This document shows, piece after piece, positions 1 through 8,555 of a stretch of 64,000 bases of DNA (the stretch's first letter is position 1; each line of letters begins with the position of its first letter). Made by a program: the position numbers and the translations under genes. Source of the DNA: an uncultured Verrucomicrobiae bacterium (GTDB lineage Bacteria; Verrucomicrobiota; Verrucomicrobiia; Limisphaerales; UBA11358); the NCBI GenBank assembly GCA_963780535.1, contig CAWACS010000011.1:6594-70593 (forward strand), written 5' to 3'. The notes under the pieces were generated by a model. That model saw nothing but the letters and a program-made list of their open reading frames with translations. It was not told where the DNA came from and did no database searches.

Positions 1-648
1 CGCCTCGGGTTGTTCGACACCAATCTGGACGGGTCCGATTTGGAAAAACTTCCCCAACTGGCGCGCCTGGACGACCCCACGCGGAGCCTGGAGGACCGCG
101 CGCGTTCGTATCTCGACGCGAATTGCGCGCAATGCCATCGCCCGCGGGGCACGGTCGCTTATTTCGACGCGCGCTACGACACACCGCTGGCGAGGCAACA
201 TTTGATTAACGGTCCGGTGCTGATTGACGAACGGATTGAAAACGCGCGCATCATCGCGCCAAACGACATCTGGCGCTCCCTCCTGTACATGCGGGCGGAC
301 ACGACCGAGCCGTTCAAGATGCCGCCGCTCGCGCGCAATACCGTTGACGAACCGGGGATGAAATTGTTGCGGCAGTGGATTGAGAGCCTGCCGGGTCCGC
401 CGGTCCTGCCGCCGCCCGGCATCGTCCCCCGCGGTGGCCGGTATGACCAGCCGGTAGCAGTGACCTTGAAAAGCGAACCGGACGCGACCATCCGCTACAC
501 ATTGGACGGAACGGTGCCGACCACTTCTGATCTGCTTTACGAAAAACCGGTTCGATTGACCGGCCCGACGATTCTGCGCGCGAAGGCGTTTAAGCCAGGC
601 TTTACCGAAAGCATCACGACCCAGGAAATCTTTCTCGTCGGCGGGTGA
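1..648 (+). CDS. 3' part of a large secreted protein whose 5' end lies left of the window. It has a CxxCH haem-binding module followed by a chitobiase/hexosaminidase-C-like Ig domain.
   Basis: Frame 1 is open from base 1. RLGLFDT...[21 protein letters not shown]...KMPPLARN...IRYTLDGTVPTTSDLLYEKP aligns closely with the C-terminal ~210 aa of the 8556..13970 protein. Confidence 0.7.
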   Translation, partial: RLGLFDTNLDGSDLEKLPQLARLDDPTRSLEDRARSYLDANCAQCHRPRGTVAYFDARYDTPLARQHLINGPVLIDERIENARIIAPNDIWRSLLYMRADTTEPFKMPPLARNTVDEPGMKLLRQWIESLPGPPVLPPPGIVPRGGRYDQPVAVTLKSEPDATIRYTLDGTVPTTSDLLYEKPVRLTGPTILRAKAFKPGFTESITTQEIFLVGG

Positions 649-675
649 TCCTTTCACGGCGCTGACAACGTCCCT

Positions 676-1776
676 TCAGGAAACCTGGAACGATGAATGG
701 GCGTTCCGATAAATCAGTTTCCCCCTGGTGACGGCTTCGGATTCCGCCAGGGCTTCCGCAATTAAATGGTGTTTGGGCGCAAGCGAACAAGCCGGATCGG
801 TGACGGCGGCATCCCCGGCCAGCAAGAATGCCTGGCAACGGCAGCCGCCAAAATCCGTTTCCTTGCGCGGGCAGCTTCGGCACGGCTCCGGCAGCCAGCC
901 GGTCCCGCGGAATTTGCCGAACGTCTCCGATTCAAACCAGATTGTCTCCAGGGAACGCTCGCGCGCATTGTCGAATTTCAATCCCCGGATCTCGCGCGCC
1001 GTCTGGCACGGCAACACCGTGCCGTCCGCGGCCACAGTCAGGAATACGCGTCCCCAGCCATGCAGGCAGGGCTTCGGAAACGGCTCGAAATAATCCGGCA
1101 GCACATAAAGGATCTCCATGCGCCCCTTGAGCCGCTCTCGCGCCTGGCGGGCCGCCTCCGCCGCGAACTCCACCTGTGCGCGCGACGGCAGCAACGCCGC
1201 GCGATTTTTCAGGGCCCAGCCATTGAATTGTGTGTTGGCCAGTTCCAGCCGTTCCGCGCCGAGTTCTTCCGCCAGCGCAATGATGGCTTCGATGCGTCCC
1301 AGGTTCCGGCGTTGCAAAACCACGTTCAAGGTCAGGGAAAACCCGGTCTTTTTGACCAACCGCGCCGCGCTGATTTTCTTTTCAAACGAAGGCGCACCTC
1401 CAGCCATGCGGTCGGAATTTTCCGCGTCCGCGTCCTGCAGACTGACCTGCAGGCTGTCCAGACCCGCCTCGCGCAATTCCCCGGCCAGCTCTTCCGTCAA
1501 CAAGGTGCCGCCCGTACTCAGGTTGGTGTAAAGCCCCAACCCGCGCGCGTGCCGGATGATTTGCGGCGCATCCGCGCGCAGCAGCGGTTCGCCGCCGGAA
1601 AAATGCGCCTGCACGACGCCCAGTGCCGCCGCTTCTGTCAGCACCCGCTGCCACTCCCCGGTTCTCAATTCATCCGTGTGACGGGCAAAATCGAGCGGGT
1701 TGCTGCAATACGGACATTGCAATGGGCAACGATACGTCAGTTCGCAAAGCAGGGAGAAGGGACGCGGCGTTTCCAT
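676..1776 (-). CDS. pqqE: PQQ biosynthesis radical-SAM/SPASM enzyme PqqE
   Basis: 366 aa. N-terminal CPLQCPYC (CxxxCxxC) motif and a C-terminal Cys cluster CRSCPRKETDFGGCRCQA. Last gene of an operon in pqqABCDE order. Confidence 0.92.
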   Translation of the reverse strand: METPRPFSLLCELTYRCPLQCPYCSNPLDFARHTDELRTGEWQRVLTEAAALGVVQAHFSGGEPLLRADAPQIIRHARGLGLYTNLSTGGTLLTEELAGELREAGLDSLQVSLQDADAENSDRMAGGAPSFEKKISAARLVKKTGFSLTLNVVLQRRNLGRIEAIIALAEELGAERLELANTQFNGWALKNRAALLPSRAQVEFAAEAARQARERLKGRMEILYVLPDYFEPFPKPCLHGWGRVFLTVAADGTVLPCQTAREIRGLKFDNARERSLETIWFESETFGKFRGTGWLPEPCRSCPRKETDFGGCRCQAFLLAGDAAVTDPACSLAPKHHLIAEALAESEAVTRGKLIYRNAHSSFQVS

Positions 1777-1780
1777 GTCA

Positions 1781-2065
1781 TCACTCGATGAAGGTCACAA
1801 AACTTTTCTCCACCAACCTTTGTAAAATCTCCTTCACGTCGGCGTCAATCGCTTCCGCGACGCTCGCGTGTTGTGTGGCGAGGGCATGGACAATGTCCGC
1901 CACGGCGCGCTGCCCGTCGCAGAGCGCGAGGACGTCGTGCGCGGTCTGGTTGAGCACCAGCACGCCTTCAGGATAAAGCAGGAGATGTTTTTCGCGCACG
2001 GCGTCCCATTTCAAACGCGCCTTGCCGGCGAGGCGCGGCCGGGCGGTGTCGGCGAGTGGAATCAT
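1781..2065 (-). CDS. pqqD: PQQ biosynthesis peptide chaperone PqqD
   Basis: 94 aa, located between pqqC and pqqE. There is a 4-nt overlap with pqqC (2062-2065). Confidence 0.85.
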   Translation of the reverse strand: MIPLADTARPRLAGKARLKWDAVREKHLLLYPEGVLVLNQTAHDVLALCDGQRAVADIVHALATQHASVAEAIDADVKEILQRLVEKSFVTFIE

Positions 2066-2790
2066 TTGATGTTGCGGTTCAGAACATACTCAAGGTGCAT
2101 GGCATCAAGCATGGCCCAAAGCAGTTCGCATTTGAATTTCAACGCTGCCACGGCCGATTCCTGCAAGGTGCGGCCTTGACAGCGTTCGACGACCAGGCGC
2201 AGGGCGAAGTCCGCATCGCGCGGCGCTTGCGTCAGCCGGCCGCGAAAATAACGCAGCCCCTCCTCCTTCACCCACGGATAGTGCCGCTCAAACGCGGCGA
2301 TGCGTTTGGACATCAATGCCGGCGCGAATAATTCCGTCAGTGACGAAGCCATTGCGATGATCCACGGCTGGGTGCGGCAAAACGTGACATAGGCATCCAC
2401 GGCATAGCGGACGCCCGGCAGCAGACGCGATTGGGCAAGCAGTTCCTGGTGTTTCAGACCCACCGCCCCGCCCAGCCGGAGCCATTTTTCGATGCCGCCC
2501 AGGTCAGCGTCCGTGCCGTCGTGATCCAGGATGCGCTGAATCCAGGCGCGCCGGACGTCGCGCTCGGGACAATTTGAAAGAATCGCCGCATCCTTGACGG
2601 GAATCTGGGTCTGATAATAAAAACGGTTGGCCACCCAGCCTTGAAGCTGCTGGCGGTTGAGTTTTCCCTGATTCATCAAAACATGGAACGGATGCCGATC
2701 GTGATAGGTCCTGCCCACGCGGCGAAGACGGGCGACAAATTCATCCGCCGGCCAGGGGGCATCACCGGCGCGGCGCCGGGAATGTTTCAT
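2062..2790 (-). CDS. pqqC: Pyrroloquinoline-quinone synthase PqqC
   Basis: 242 aa, with the size and position expected of PqqC. There is a 4-nt overlap with pqqB (2787-2790). Confidence 0.88.
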   Translation of the reverse strand: MKHSRRRAGDAPWPADEFVARLRRVGRTYHDRHPFHVLMNQGKLNRQQLQGWVANRFYYQTQIPVKDAAILSNCPERDVRRAWIQRILDHDGTDADLGGIEKWLRLGGAVGLKHQELLAQSRLLPGVRYAVDAYVTFCRTQPWIIAMASSLTELFAPALMSKRIAAFERHYPWVKEEGLRYFRGRLTQAPRDADFALRLVVERCQGRTLQESAVAALKFKCELLWAMLDAMHLEYVLNRNIK

Positions 2791-3695
2791 AGGCGAATCT
2801 CCATTCCGTCATGGGAAATTTCCACGCCAGCCTGCCGGACCGCCCGCCGTGCGCGCGAGTTTTTTTGCAAAATGGGATTGGTGTTGTTGATATGAGTGTA
2901 AATTTTACGCGGAACCTCCAGGGTCCGCAACCATTCCAAGCTGCCGCCTTCGCCGACGATCGGCACATGCCCCATGTTCCGCGCCGTGCGGTTGGAAAGG
3001 CCGAGCGAAATCATTTCACTCTCCGACCAAAAGGTGCCGTCCACCAGCAGGCAGTCGCAGCCCGCAACCAATTCATTCACCGACCGGTCGACGACCGGCA
3101 GCCCCGGAAGATAAACCAGGCTCTTCCCGTCCGCGTGAAGCCGGAGGCCGACGACATCGCCGCGTTGCCCAGGGCGCCGGGCATAAGGCGGCGCCTTTTC
3201 GGTTTCCAATTCCAGCGCCGTAATGCGGATGCCGGCAATCCGGGCGGGAAAAGCAGAATGCTGAATCCGACAATATCCATGCAAAGTTGGCAGCAGTGGA
3301 AACTGTTCGGTCAGAAGATTTTTGACGGCGCGGGTGCAGGCGAGCCGCAGGGATTTTTGTTCGCGCAACGAGAAAAGCCCGGCGACATGATCCATTTCAC
3401 CGTCCGTCAAAATCACGGCCTGGACGGGGCTGCCGCGTATTTTTTTGCCTGGTGGCGAAAGCGAGGGAAAGGAGGCGAACTGAGAAGTCAGATCCGGCGA
3501 GGCGTTGAGCAACAACCACCTTTTACCATCAGCGGATACCGCGGCCGAAGACTGGGTTTGCCGGCTTTTGAATCCGGCCTGCTTGCGCGCAGCCCTGCAA
3601 TTGCGGCAGTTACAGTTCCATTGAGGAACCCCGCCACCCGCCGCGGAACCAAGGACACGAATTTGCACGGCTGCTGAAGAACTCCGGCTTGTCAA
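2787..3695 (-). CDS. pqqB: PQQ biosynthesis protein PqqB (metallo-beta-lactamase fold)
   Basis: 302 aa. The N-terminal [20 protein letters not shown] is the signature I associate with PqqB, and the gene sits directly downstream of pqqA. Confidence 0.9.
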   Translation of the reverse strand: MTSRSSSAAVQIRVLGSAAGGGVPQWNCNCRNCRAARKQAGFKSRQTQSSAAVSADGKRWLLLNASPDLTSQFASFPSLSPPGKKIRGSPVQAVILTDGEMDHVAGLFSLREQKSLRLACTRAVKNLLTEQFPLLPTLHGYCRIQHSAFPARIAGIRITALELETEKAPPYARRPGQRGDVVGLRLHADGKSLVYLPGLPVVDRSVNELVAGCDCLLVDGTFWSESEMISLGLSNRTARNMGHVPIVGEGGSLEWLRTLEVPRKIYTHINNTNPILQKNSRARRAVRQAGVEISHDGMEIRL

Positions 3696-3729
3696 CCTGC
3701 GCCGCGGCTTCTTTCGGCGGCTTCAGGCC

Positions 3730-3807
3730 TTATTTGCCGGCGTTTACGTAGGCTGTGACTTCCATGCTCAGACTGATCTCTTCAAACTCAGGTTTGATCC
3801 AAGTCAT
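3730..3807 (-). CDS. pqqA: PQQ precursor peptide PqqA (25 codons, absent from the ORF track)
   Basis: Hand translation of the minus strand gives ATG at 3807-3805 and then MTWIKPEFEEISLSMEVTAYVNAGK, with a TAA stop at 3732-3730. It contains the conserved E-x3-Y (EVTAY) cross-linking pair and lies 34 nt upstream of pqqB. Confidence 0.88.
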   Translation of the reverse strand: MTWIKPEFEEISLSMEVTAYVNAGK

Positions 3808-3907
3808 ATATTTGATTTGATTATCCCACCTATTATATCAGGCGAACGCCATTATTCAAGGAAAGTTTTGAGTTTCGACCACCGATCGTTGTTGTTAGCC
3901 TGAGTTC

Positions 3908-4984
3908 ATGCGTGCGCAATCACTGGATTTTCTGCGAACCCTGGTCAACACCCCAAGCCCGACCGGATTCGAAACCCGCGGCCAGCGGGTCTGGCTCGAT
4001 TACGCCAAATCCTTTGCCGACGAGACTTTTTCCGACACCTACGGAAACTGCGTCGCGGTCTTGAACAAGGGCCATTCCCCGCGCTTGATGCTCGCCGCCC
4101 ACGCGGATGAAATCGCCATGACGGTAAATTACATTGACGATGCCGGGTTTGTCTATGTGCGTAGAATGGGCGGTGTGGATGCGGCCATTACCCGGGCGCA
4201 ACGCGTGGTAATCCACTCGCGCCAGGGCGGGGTCAAGGGTGTGGTGGCCAACATTGCGCCCCATTTGACCCGGGAGAATGACAAGGAACCCAAACCGCCG
4301 AAAATTCACGAATTGTTTTTGGACATCGGCGTGGCCAGCCGGAAAGAGGCCGAAAAACTCATCCAGATCGGTGACCCCATCACGCTGGACAGCGACTTCG
4401 CCCTGCTGCGAAATGAACGGGTCGTGGCGCGCGCGCTCGACAATCGCGTGGGCACCTTTGCCGTGGCCGAGGCGTTGCGGTTGCTCAAGGAATCAGGCAA
4501 AAAATTGCACGCGGAAATTTGCGCCGTCTCCAACGTCCAGGAGGAAGTGGGGCTGTTGGGCGTGCGGCAGATCGCCTATGCGCTCAAACCGGAGGTCGCC
4601 CTGATCGTGGATGTGACGCACGCGACCGATTGCCCCACCGTCAGCAAATCACAGCATGGCGATGTGAAAATGGGCCGCGGTCCGGCGATCACCCATGGCG
4701 GTTGCAACCAAGCGGAGGTGGTCGCGCGCATTGAGCGGGTGGCAAAGGCGGGGAAAATTCCATTGCAACATGAGGCGGTCTCGACGTCGAGCGGCACGGA
4801 TGCCAGCGCGGTTTTCTGGACGCGCGGCGGCATTGCCAGCGCGCTGATCGGCCTGCCGTGCCGTTACATGCATTCGCCGGTGGAAATGGTCAGTCTGAAG
4901 GATCTGGAACGCATCCCCGAGCTGCTGGCCGCCTTCGCGCAGTCGTTGAAACCGGGCGAACCATTCAAGGCGAACATTATTTGA
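3908..4984 (+). CDS. M42 family metallopeptidase (glutamyl aminopeptidase / CelM-like)
   Basis: 358 aa. MLAAHADEIAM, ALDNRVG and NVQEEVGLLG are metal-ligand-type motifs typical of M42/FrvX-like peptidases. Confidence 0.8.
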   Translation: MRAQSLDFLRTLVNTPSPTGFETRGQRVWLDYAKSFADETFSDTYGNCVAVLNKGHSPRLMLAAHADEIAMTVNYIDDAGFVYVRRMGGVDAAITRAQRVVIHSRQGGVKGVVANIAPHLTRENDKEPKPPKIHELFLDIGVASRKEAEKLIQIGDPITLDSDFALLRNERVVARALDNRVGTFAVAEALRLLKESGKKLHAEICAVSNVQEEVGLLGVRQIAYALKPEVALIVDVTHATDCPTVSKSQHGDVKMGRGPAITHGGCNQAEVVARIERVAKAGKIPLQHEAVSTSSGTDASAVFWTRGGIASALIGLPCRYMHSPVEMVSLKDLERIPELLAAFAQSLKPGEPFKANII

Positions 4985-5057
4985 CCGGCCCGACGGTCTT
5001 GCGCGAAGAAGGGGTTCAGCCAGGCTTCGCCAAAAGTATCACGCGCAGGAAATTTTC
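4981..5057 (+). pseudogene. Relic of the 3' end of a chitobiase-C-like domain gene, paralogous to 556..632
   Basis: LTGPTVLREEGVQPGFAKSITRRKF here matches LTGPTILRAKAFKPGFTESITTQEIF at 556..632. The first 15 nt are identical and overall identity is roughly 70-75% with one indel. No upstream coding partner exists, and the relic overlaps the M42 stop codon. Confidence 0.4.
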
Positions 5058-5100
5058 CCATCAGTGGACGAATTTCGTTTCGCAAAAACCAAATTTGAAC

Positions 5101-7278
5101 ATGGACGCCAGATTCATTTGTCAACTCATCGCATTAATTGCGGCGCAGAGTCTGGTTGCCGCCGCACACGCACAATCCACCAATCTGCCGCCAGCAAATA
5201 TGGAAGACACCAACGCGACAACCGTTCTTCCCGAAATAACAGTCATCGGCCACCGGATGCCGGATTCACTCACTTCTCCTTCTGCCGAAAAATCCGCGGG
5301 GCAAGACAGGGAAAACCCCGGCGGCTTCACAGTCAAGACGGCGGACGAAATGAACAAGGGGCGCGCGTCCAATTTTCAGGATTTGCTGCAGGGTGTGCCC
5401 GGCCTGTTCATGCAAAGCGAAAACGGAGTCGAAATTTCCAAGGTTTCGATCCGCGGTTCGGGCATTGACTCGGCGGACGAACCGCTGGGCGTGGAGTTTT
5501 TGCTGGATGGCGTCAGTTTCAATCAAGGCGACGGCGAGGCGATCATTGAGGACCTTGACGTGAGCACGTTGAATTACGCTGAAGTCTATCGCGGGGCAGA
5601 CGCTTTCAAATATGGCGGACTGACGCTTGGCGGCGCGATCAATCTTGTGCCGTTTACGGGTTACAGTGCCGCCCCGTTTCAAATCCGGCTGGAAGGCGGC
5701 AGTTACGGTTTTGTGCGCGGTGAGGCCAGTGCCGCCGGCGTTGACGGGCCGATTGATTATTATGCCTCGTCATCGGGACGTTACCGCGACGGCTATCGTG
5801 ATCACAGCCGGGAGAACACCGAACTCGTGTTCGCCGACCTGGGCGACAAAATCAACGACCACCTCGAAGACCGTTTTTATCTGACGGTGGATCAGGAGAA
5901 TCGCCAGTTGCCGGGCGGAGTGATGCAATCGCAAATGCAGGCTGATCCGCAGCAGGCCGACACGAACGCCATTCCCCTGGATTACAGCAAGCAATGGTAT
6001 TACGTCCGGCTCGCCGACAAACTCAGTTACGAACGGGACGGGCATCAACTCGATGCCTCAATTTATTGGTGGCACCGTGAGTTGAAAGAAAACGGCTATT
6101 ATTCTGCGACAAATCTTCAACAAGGCATCCAGATTTATCATGCGGATGACGGCGGGATTGACCTGAATTCCGTCACCCGCAGCGAACTTTTTGGACAGCA
6201 GAACATTCTGACGATGGGGTTGAGTCCAGCGTTTGAAACGGAACAGGACCACAATTACGCCAATATTTCCGGCGCCGAGGGCGCCACGATCGCAAAAGAC
6301 CTCGAACTCTCGGTCAATGTGCCGCTGTATTTGGAGAACCAGCATTATCTCACGGAGAAACTTTCGATGCTGACCGGCATTCAAGCCGTTTATGCGTTAC
6401 GGCATTTCTATGATTACTTCAACAACACTTTTGACGGAGACCAATCCCAGGCGCAAAATTTCTACGGCCTCAATCCCAAAGTCGGATTGCTTTACGAGTT
6501 AAATGACCAAAGCCAGGCCTTCATCAATTTCAGCCGCAGCTTTCAACCGCCCTCCTTTGATAACATGGTTAATTTTGACGATGGCGCGGGTGCGAGTCTG
6601 GTCTACAGTCCGCTCCAGCCGCAAAAGTCCTGGACCCTTGAAATCGGCACGCGCGGCGGGCTTGGCAGGGTTGATTGGGAGTTATCCCTTTATCATTCCT
6701 GGCTGCGAGACGAATTACAGGATCTTTACGACGCCCAGGGCAATGACCGCGGCGACGTCAATATCGCCCGCTCGTATCATCAAGGCATCGAAGCCAGCCT
6801 CGGCCTTGAGGTTTGGAATTCCAAAAGGGAAAAAGGTGAAACCGGACAACGGCTGACCTTGAACCAAACCTACACGCTCAACGATTTTCATTTCGACCAC
6901 GATCCGGTTTATGGCAACAATCGCATAGGTGGGGTTCCCATCCAGCTTTATGAAATGGACTTGATGTATGAAGCGCCCTGCGGTTTTTACGCCGGCCCGA
7001 GTGTTCAATGCAATCTGTCCAGCTACCCGGTTGACCAGCAAAACACACTTTATGCCGGCGCCTACACGCTGCTGGGGTTCAAAACCGGTTTTGCATGGAA
7101 CTTGGGAAAATCAAGGCTTTCAGTGTTTGTTGAGGCTAAGAATTTGACGGATGAACGGTACGCGGCTTCTGTTGATCCAATTGGAGATGCCAATCCGCTG
7201 GGGGTTTTCACCGATCCGCAGGTTTTTCATCCCGGTGATGGCCGCTCATTTTACGGCGGCGTGACATGCAGTTGGTGA
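5101..7278 (+). CDS. TonB-dependent outer-membrane receptor
   Basis: ATG at 5101 gives the signal peptide MDARFICQLIALIAAQSLVAAAHAQ. A plug-like region follows (VPGLFMQSENGVEISKVSIRGSG), then a long beta-barrel with an aromatic C-terminus. The track ORF start at 4858 is an upstream read-through. Confidence 0.85.
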   Translation: MDARFICQLIALIAAQSLVAAAHAQSTNLPPANMEDTNATTVLPEITVIGHRMPDSLTSPSAEKSAGQDRENPGGFTVKTADEMNKGRASNFQDLLQGVPGLFMQSENGVEISKVSIRGSGIDSADEPLGVEFLLDGVSFNQGDGEAIIEDLDVSTLNYAEVYRGADAFKYGGLTLGGAINLVPFTGYSAAPFQIRLEGGSYGFVRGEASAAGVDGPIDYYASSSGRYRDGYRDHSRENTELVFADLGDKINDHLEDRFYLTVDQENRQLPGGVMQSQMQADPQQADTNAIPLDYSKQWYYVRLADKLSYERDGHQLDASIYWWHRELKENGYYSATNLQQGIQIYHADDGGIDLNSVTRSELFGQQNILTMGLSPAFETEQDHNYANISGAEGATIAKDLELSVNVPLYLENQHYLTEKLSMLTGIQAVYALRHFYDYFNNTFDGDQSQAQNFYGLNPKVGLLYELNDQSQAFINFSRSFQPPSFDNMVNFDDGAGASLVYSPLQPQKSWTLEIGTRGGLGRVDWELSLYHSWLRDELQDLYDAQGNDRGDVNIARSYHQGIEASLGLEVWNSKREKGETGQRLTLNQTYTLNDFHFDHDPVYGNNRIGGVPIQLYEMDLMYEAPCGFYAGPSVQCNLSSYPVDQQNTLYAGAYTLLGFKTGFAWNLGKSRLSVFVEAKNLTDERYAASVDPIGDANPLGVFTDPQVFHPGDGRSFYGGVTCSW

Positions 7279-7283
7279 AATAT

Positions 7284-8372
7284 TTATTTCGCGTTTGGCA
7301 CGGCGACCACACCCCACGGACTGCCGGGTGATTTGACGCGGGCAATTTCCTTCTCGGTGGCGAGGTCAACCACCGAAACGTCATCGGATGGGCCGTTGGC
7401 GCTAAAAAGATATTTTCCGTCTGGTGAAATGGCGATGCCCCACGGGCGTTTGCCGACCGGGATCGTGTCCAGCACGGCATACGAGTGTGCGTCAATCACG
7501 CACACGGTGCCGGCGCGCCCCGTGCTGGCATAAACCTTCTTTCCGTCCGGCGAGACGACGACGCACTGCGGACGCGAATGCGGTGGCAGCGTGATTACTT
7601 TCAGCAGCGTTTGGCTGGCGGTATCAATCACATTCAATTCGCCCACCGATTCCGACGGGATGAAGGCGCGTGAACCGTCCGGCAGAAACGCCACGCTGCG
7701 CGGACGCGGGTGAACCACGATGTGCCCGACGATTTTGAAGGTTTTTGAGTCAATGGCAAACACGTCACCGGCGGTCTCGCAGGTGATGTAGAAAAATTTG
7801 CCACCGGGACTGACGCCCGCGCCTTCCGGCTCGCGGCTGACGGGAATAAAGGTCACGATTTTTCCCGTCATCGCGTCCAGCACGGTCGCCACGCCAACGT
7901 CTTCATTGGAAATGTAAATGCGCCTGCCATCCGGGCTTAAACAGAACTGTTCCGGATCGGAACCGACGGGAATTTTGCGCAGGAATTTACGTTGCGCGAC
8001 ATCCACGATGCCCAGACCGTCGGCCGTCTTGTCGGCTTTGGCATTGTCGTCATCATCGTCATGACCTTTTTCAAAGATCGGGTTGCCGTTGGCGTCAAGT
8101 TTCGGCGGCGCTTCGACCGGCGTGCCGCTCAGCGCCACATAAAGGGTCCGTCCGTCGAGGCTGGCATGAATGCCGCGCGGCCGCTTCCCCACGGGAATGG
8201 TCGCCGTCACATTGAAATCGGCGCCGTTGATGACAGTCAGATTGCCAGACTTTTCATTGGAAACGAAAATTTGATAATCACCGCCGGGCTGGCCTTGGGC
8301 CGGAACCGCTCCCCATAGAGCCAGGCTGCAACACCACACGGCCAGCCGGGCTGACCGGATATTTGTCTTCAT
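7284..8372 (-). CDS. Secreted YVTN/YncE-like seven-bladed beta-propeller protein
   Basis: Signal peptide MKTNIRSARLAVWCCSLALWGAVPAQG. Blades of ~40 residues recur (SNEKSGNLTVING, GKRPRGIHASLDGRTLYVA, SPDGRRIYISNE, SPDGKKVYAS, SPDGKYLFSANG). An alternative start lies at 8396. Confidence 0.7.
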   Translation of the reverse strand: MKTNIRSARLAVWCCSLALWGAVPAQGQPGGDYQIFVSNEKSGNLTVINGADFNVTATIPVGKRPRGIHASLDGRTLYVALSGTPVEAPPKLDANGNPIFEKGHDDDDDNAKADKTADGLGIVDVAQRKFLRKIPVGSDPEQFCLSPDGRRIYISNEDVGVATVLDAMTGKIVTFIPVSREPEGAGVSPGGKFFYITCETAGDVFAIDSKTFKIVGHIVVHPRPRSVAFLPDGSRAFIPSESVGELNVIDTASQTLLKVITLPPHSRPQCVVVSPDGKKVYASTGRAGTVCVIDAHSYAVLDTIPVGKRPWGIAISPDGKYLFSANGPSDDVSVVDLATEKEIARVKSPGSPWGVVAVPNAK

Positions 8373-8555
8373 ATTTGAATTCACATGGTACCGCATTTTT
8401 TGGCAAACGCCATTTTTTAGGTATTTTAATCGTTTTCCTTTGAATTTCTTCTAAATTTGAAGTTGATTTGGCCGCCAAATTTGGTAGATTAGTCAAACTC
8501 AGCGGACAAGTTCTCGTCCAAATACGGGGAGGGGATTTTAGGTTGGGTTGTTGAT

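Noticed and set aside
4858-5100. The upstream 81 codons of the track ORF for the TonB-dependent receptor.
   Set aside because: This part overlaps the M42 peptidase 3' end and contains the chitobiase-domain relic. A clean signal peptide begins at the ATG at 5101.
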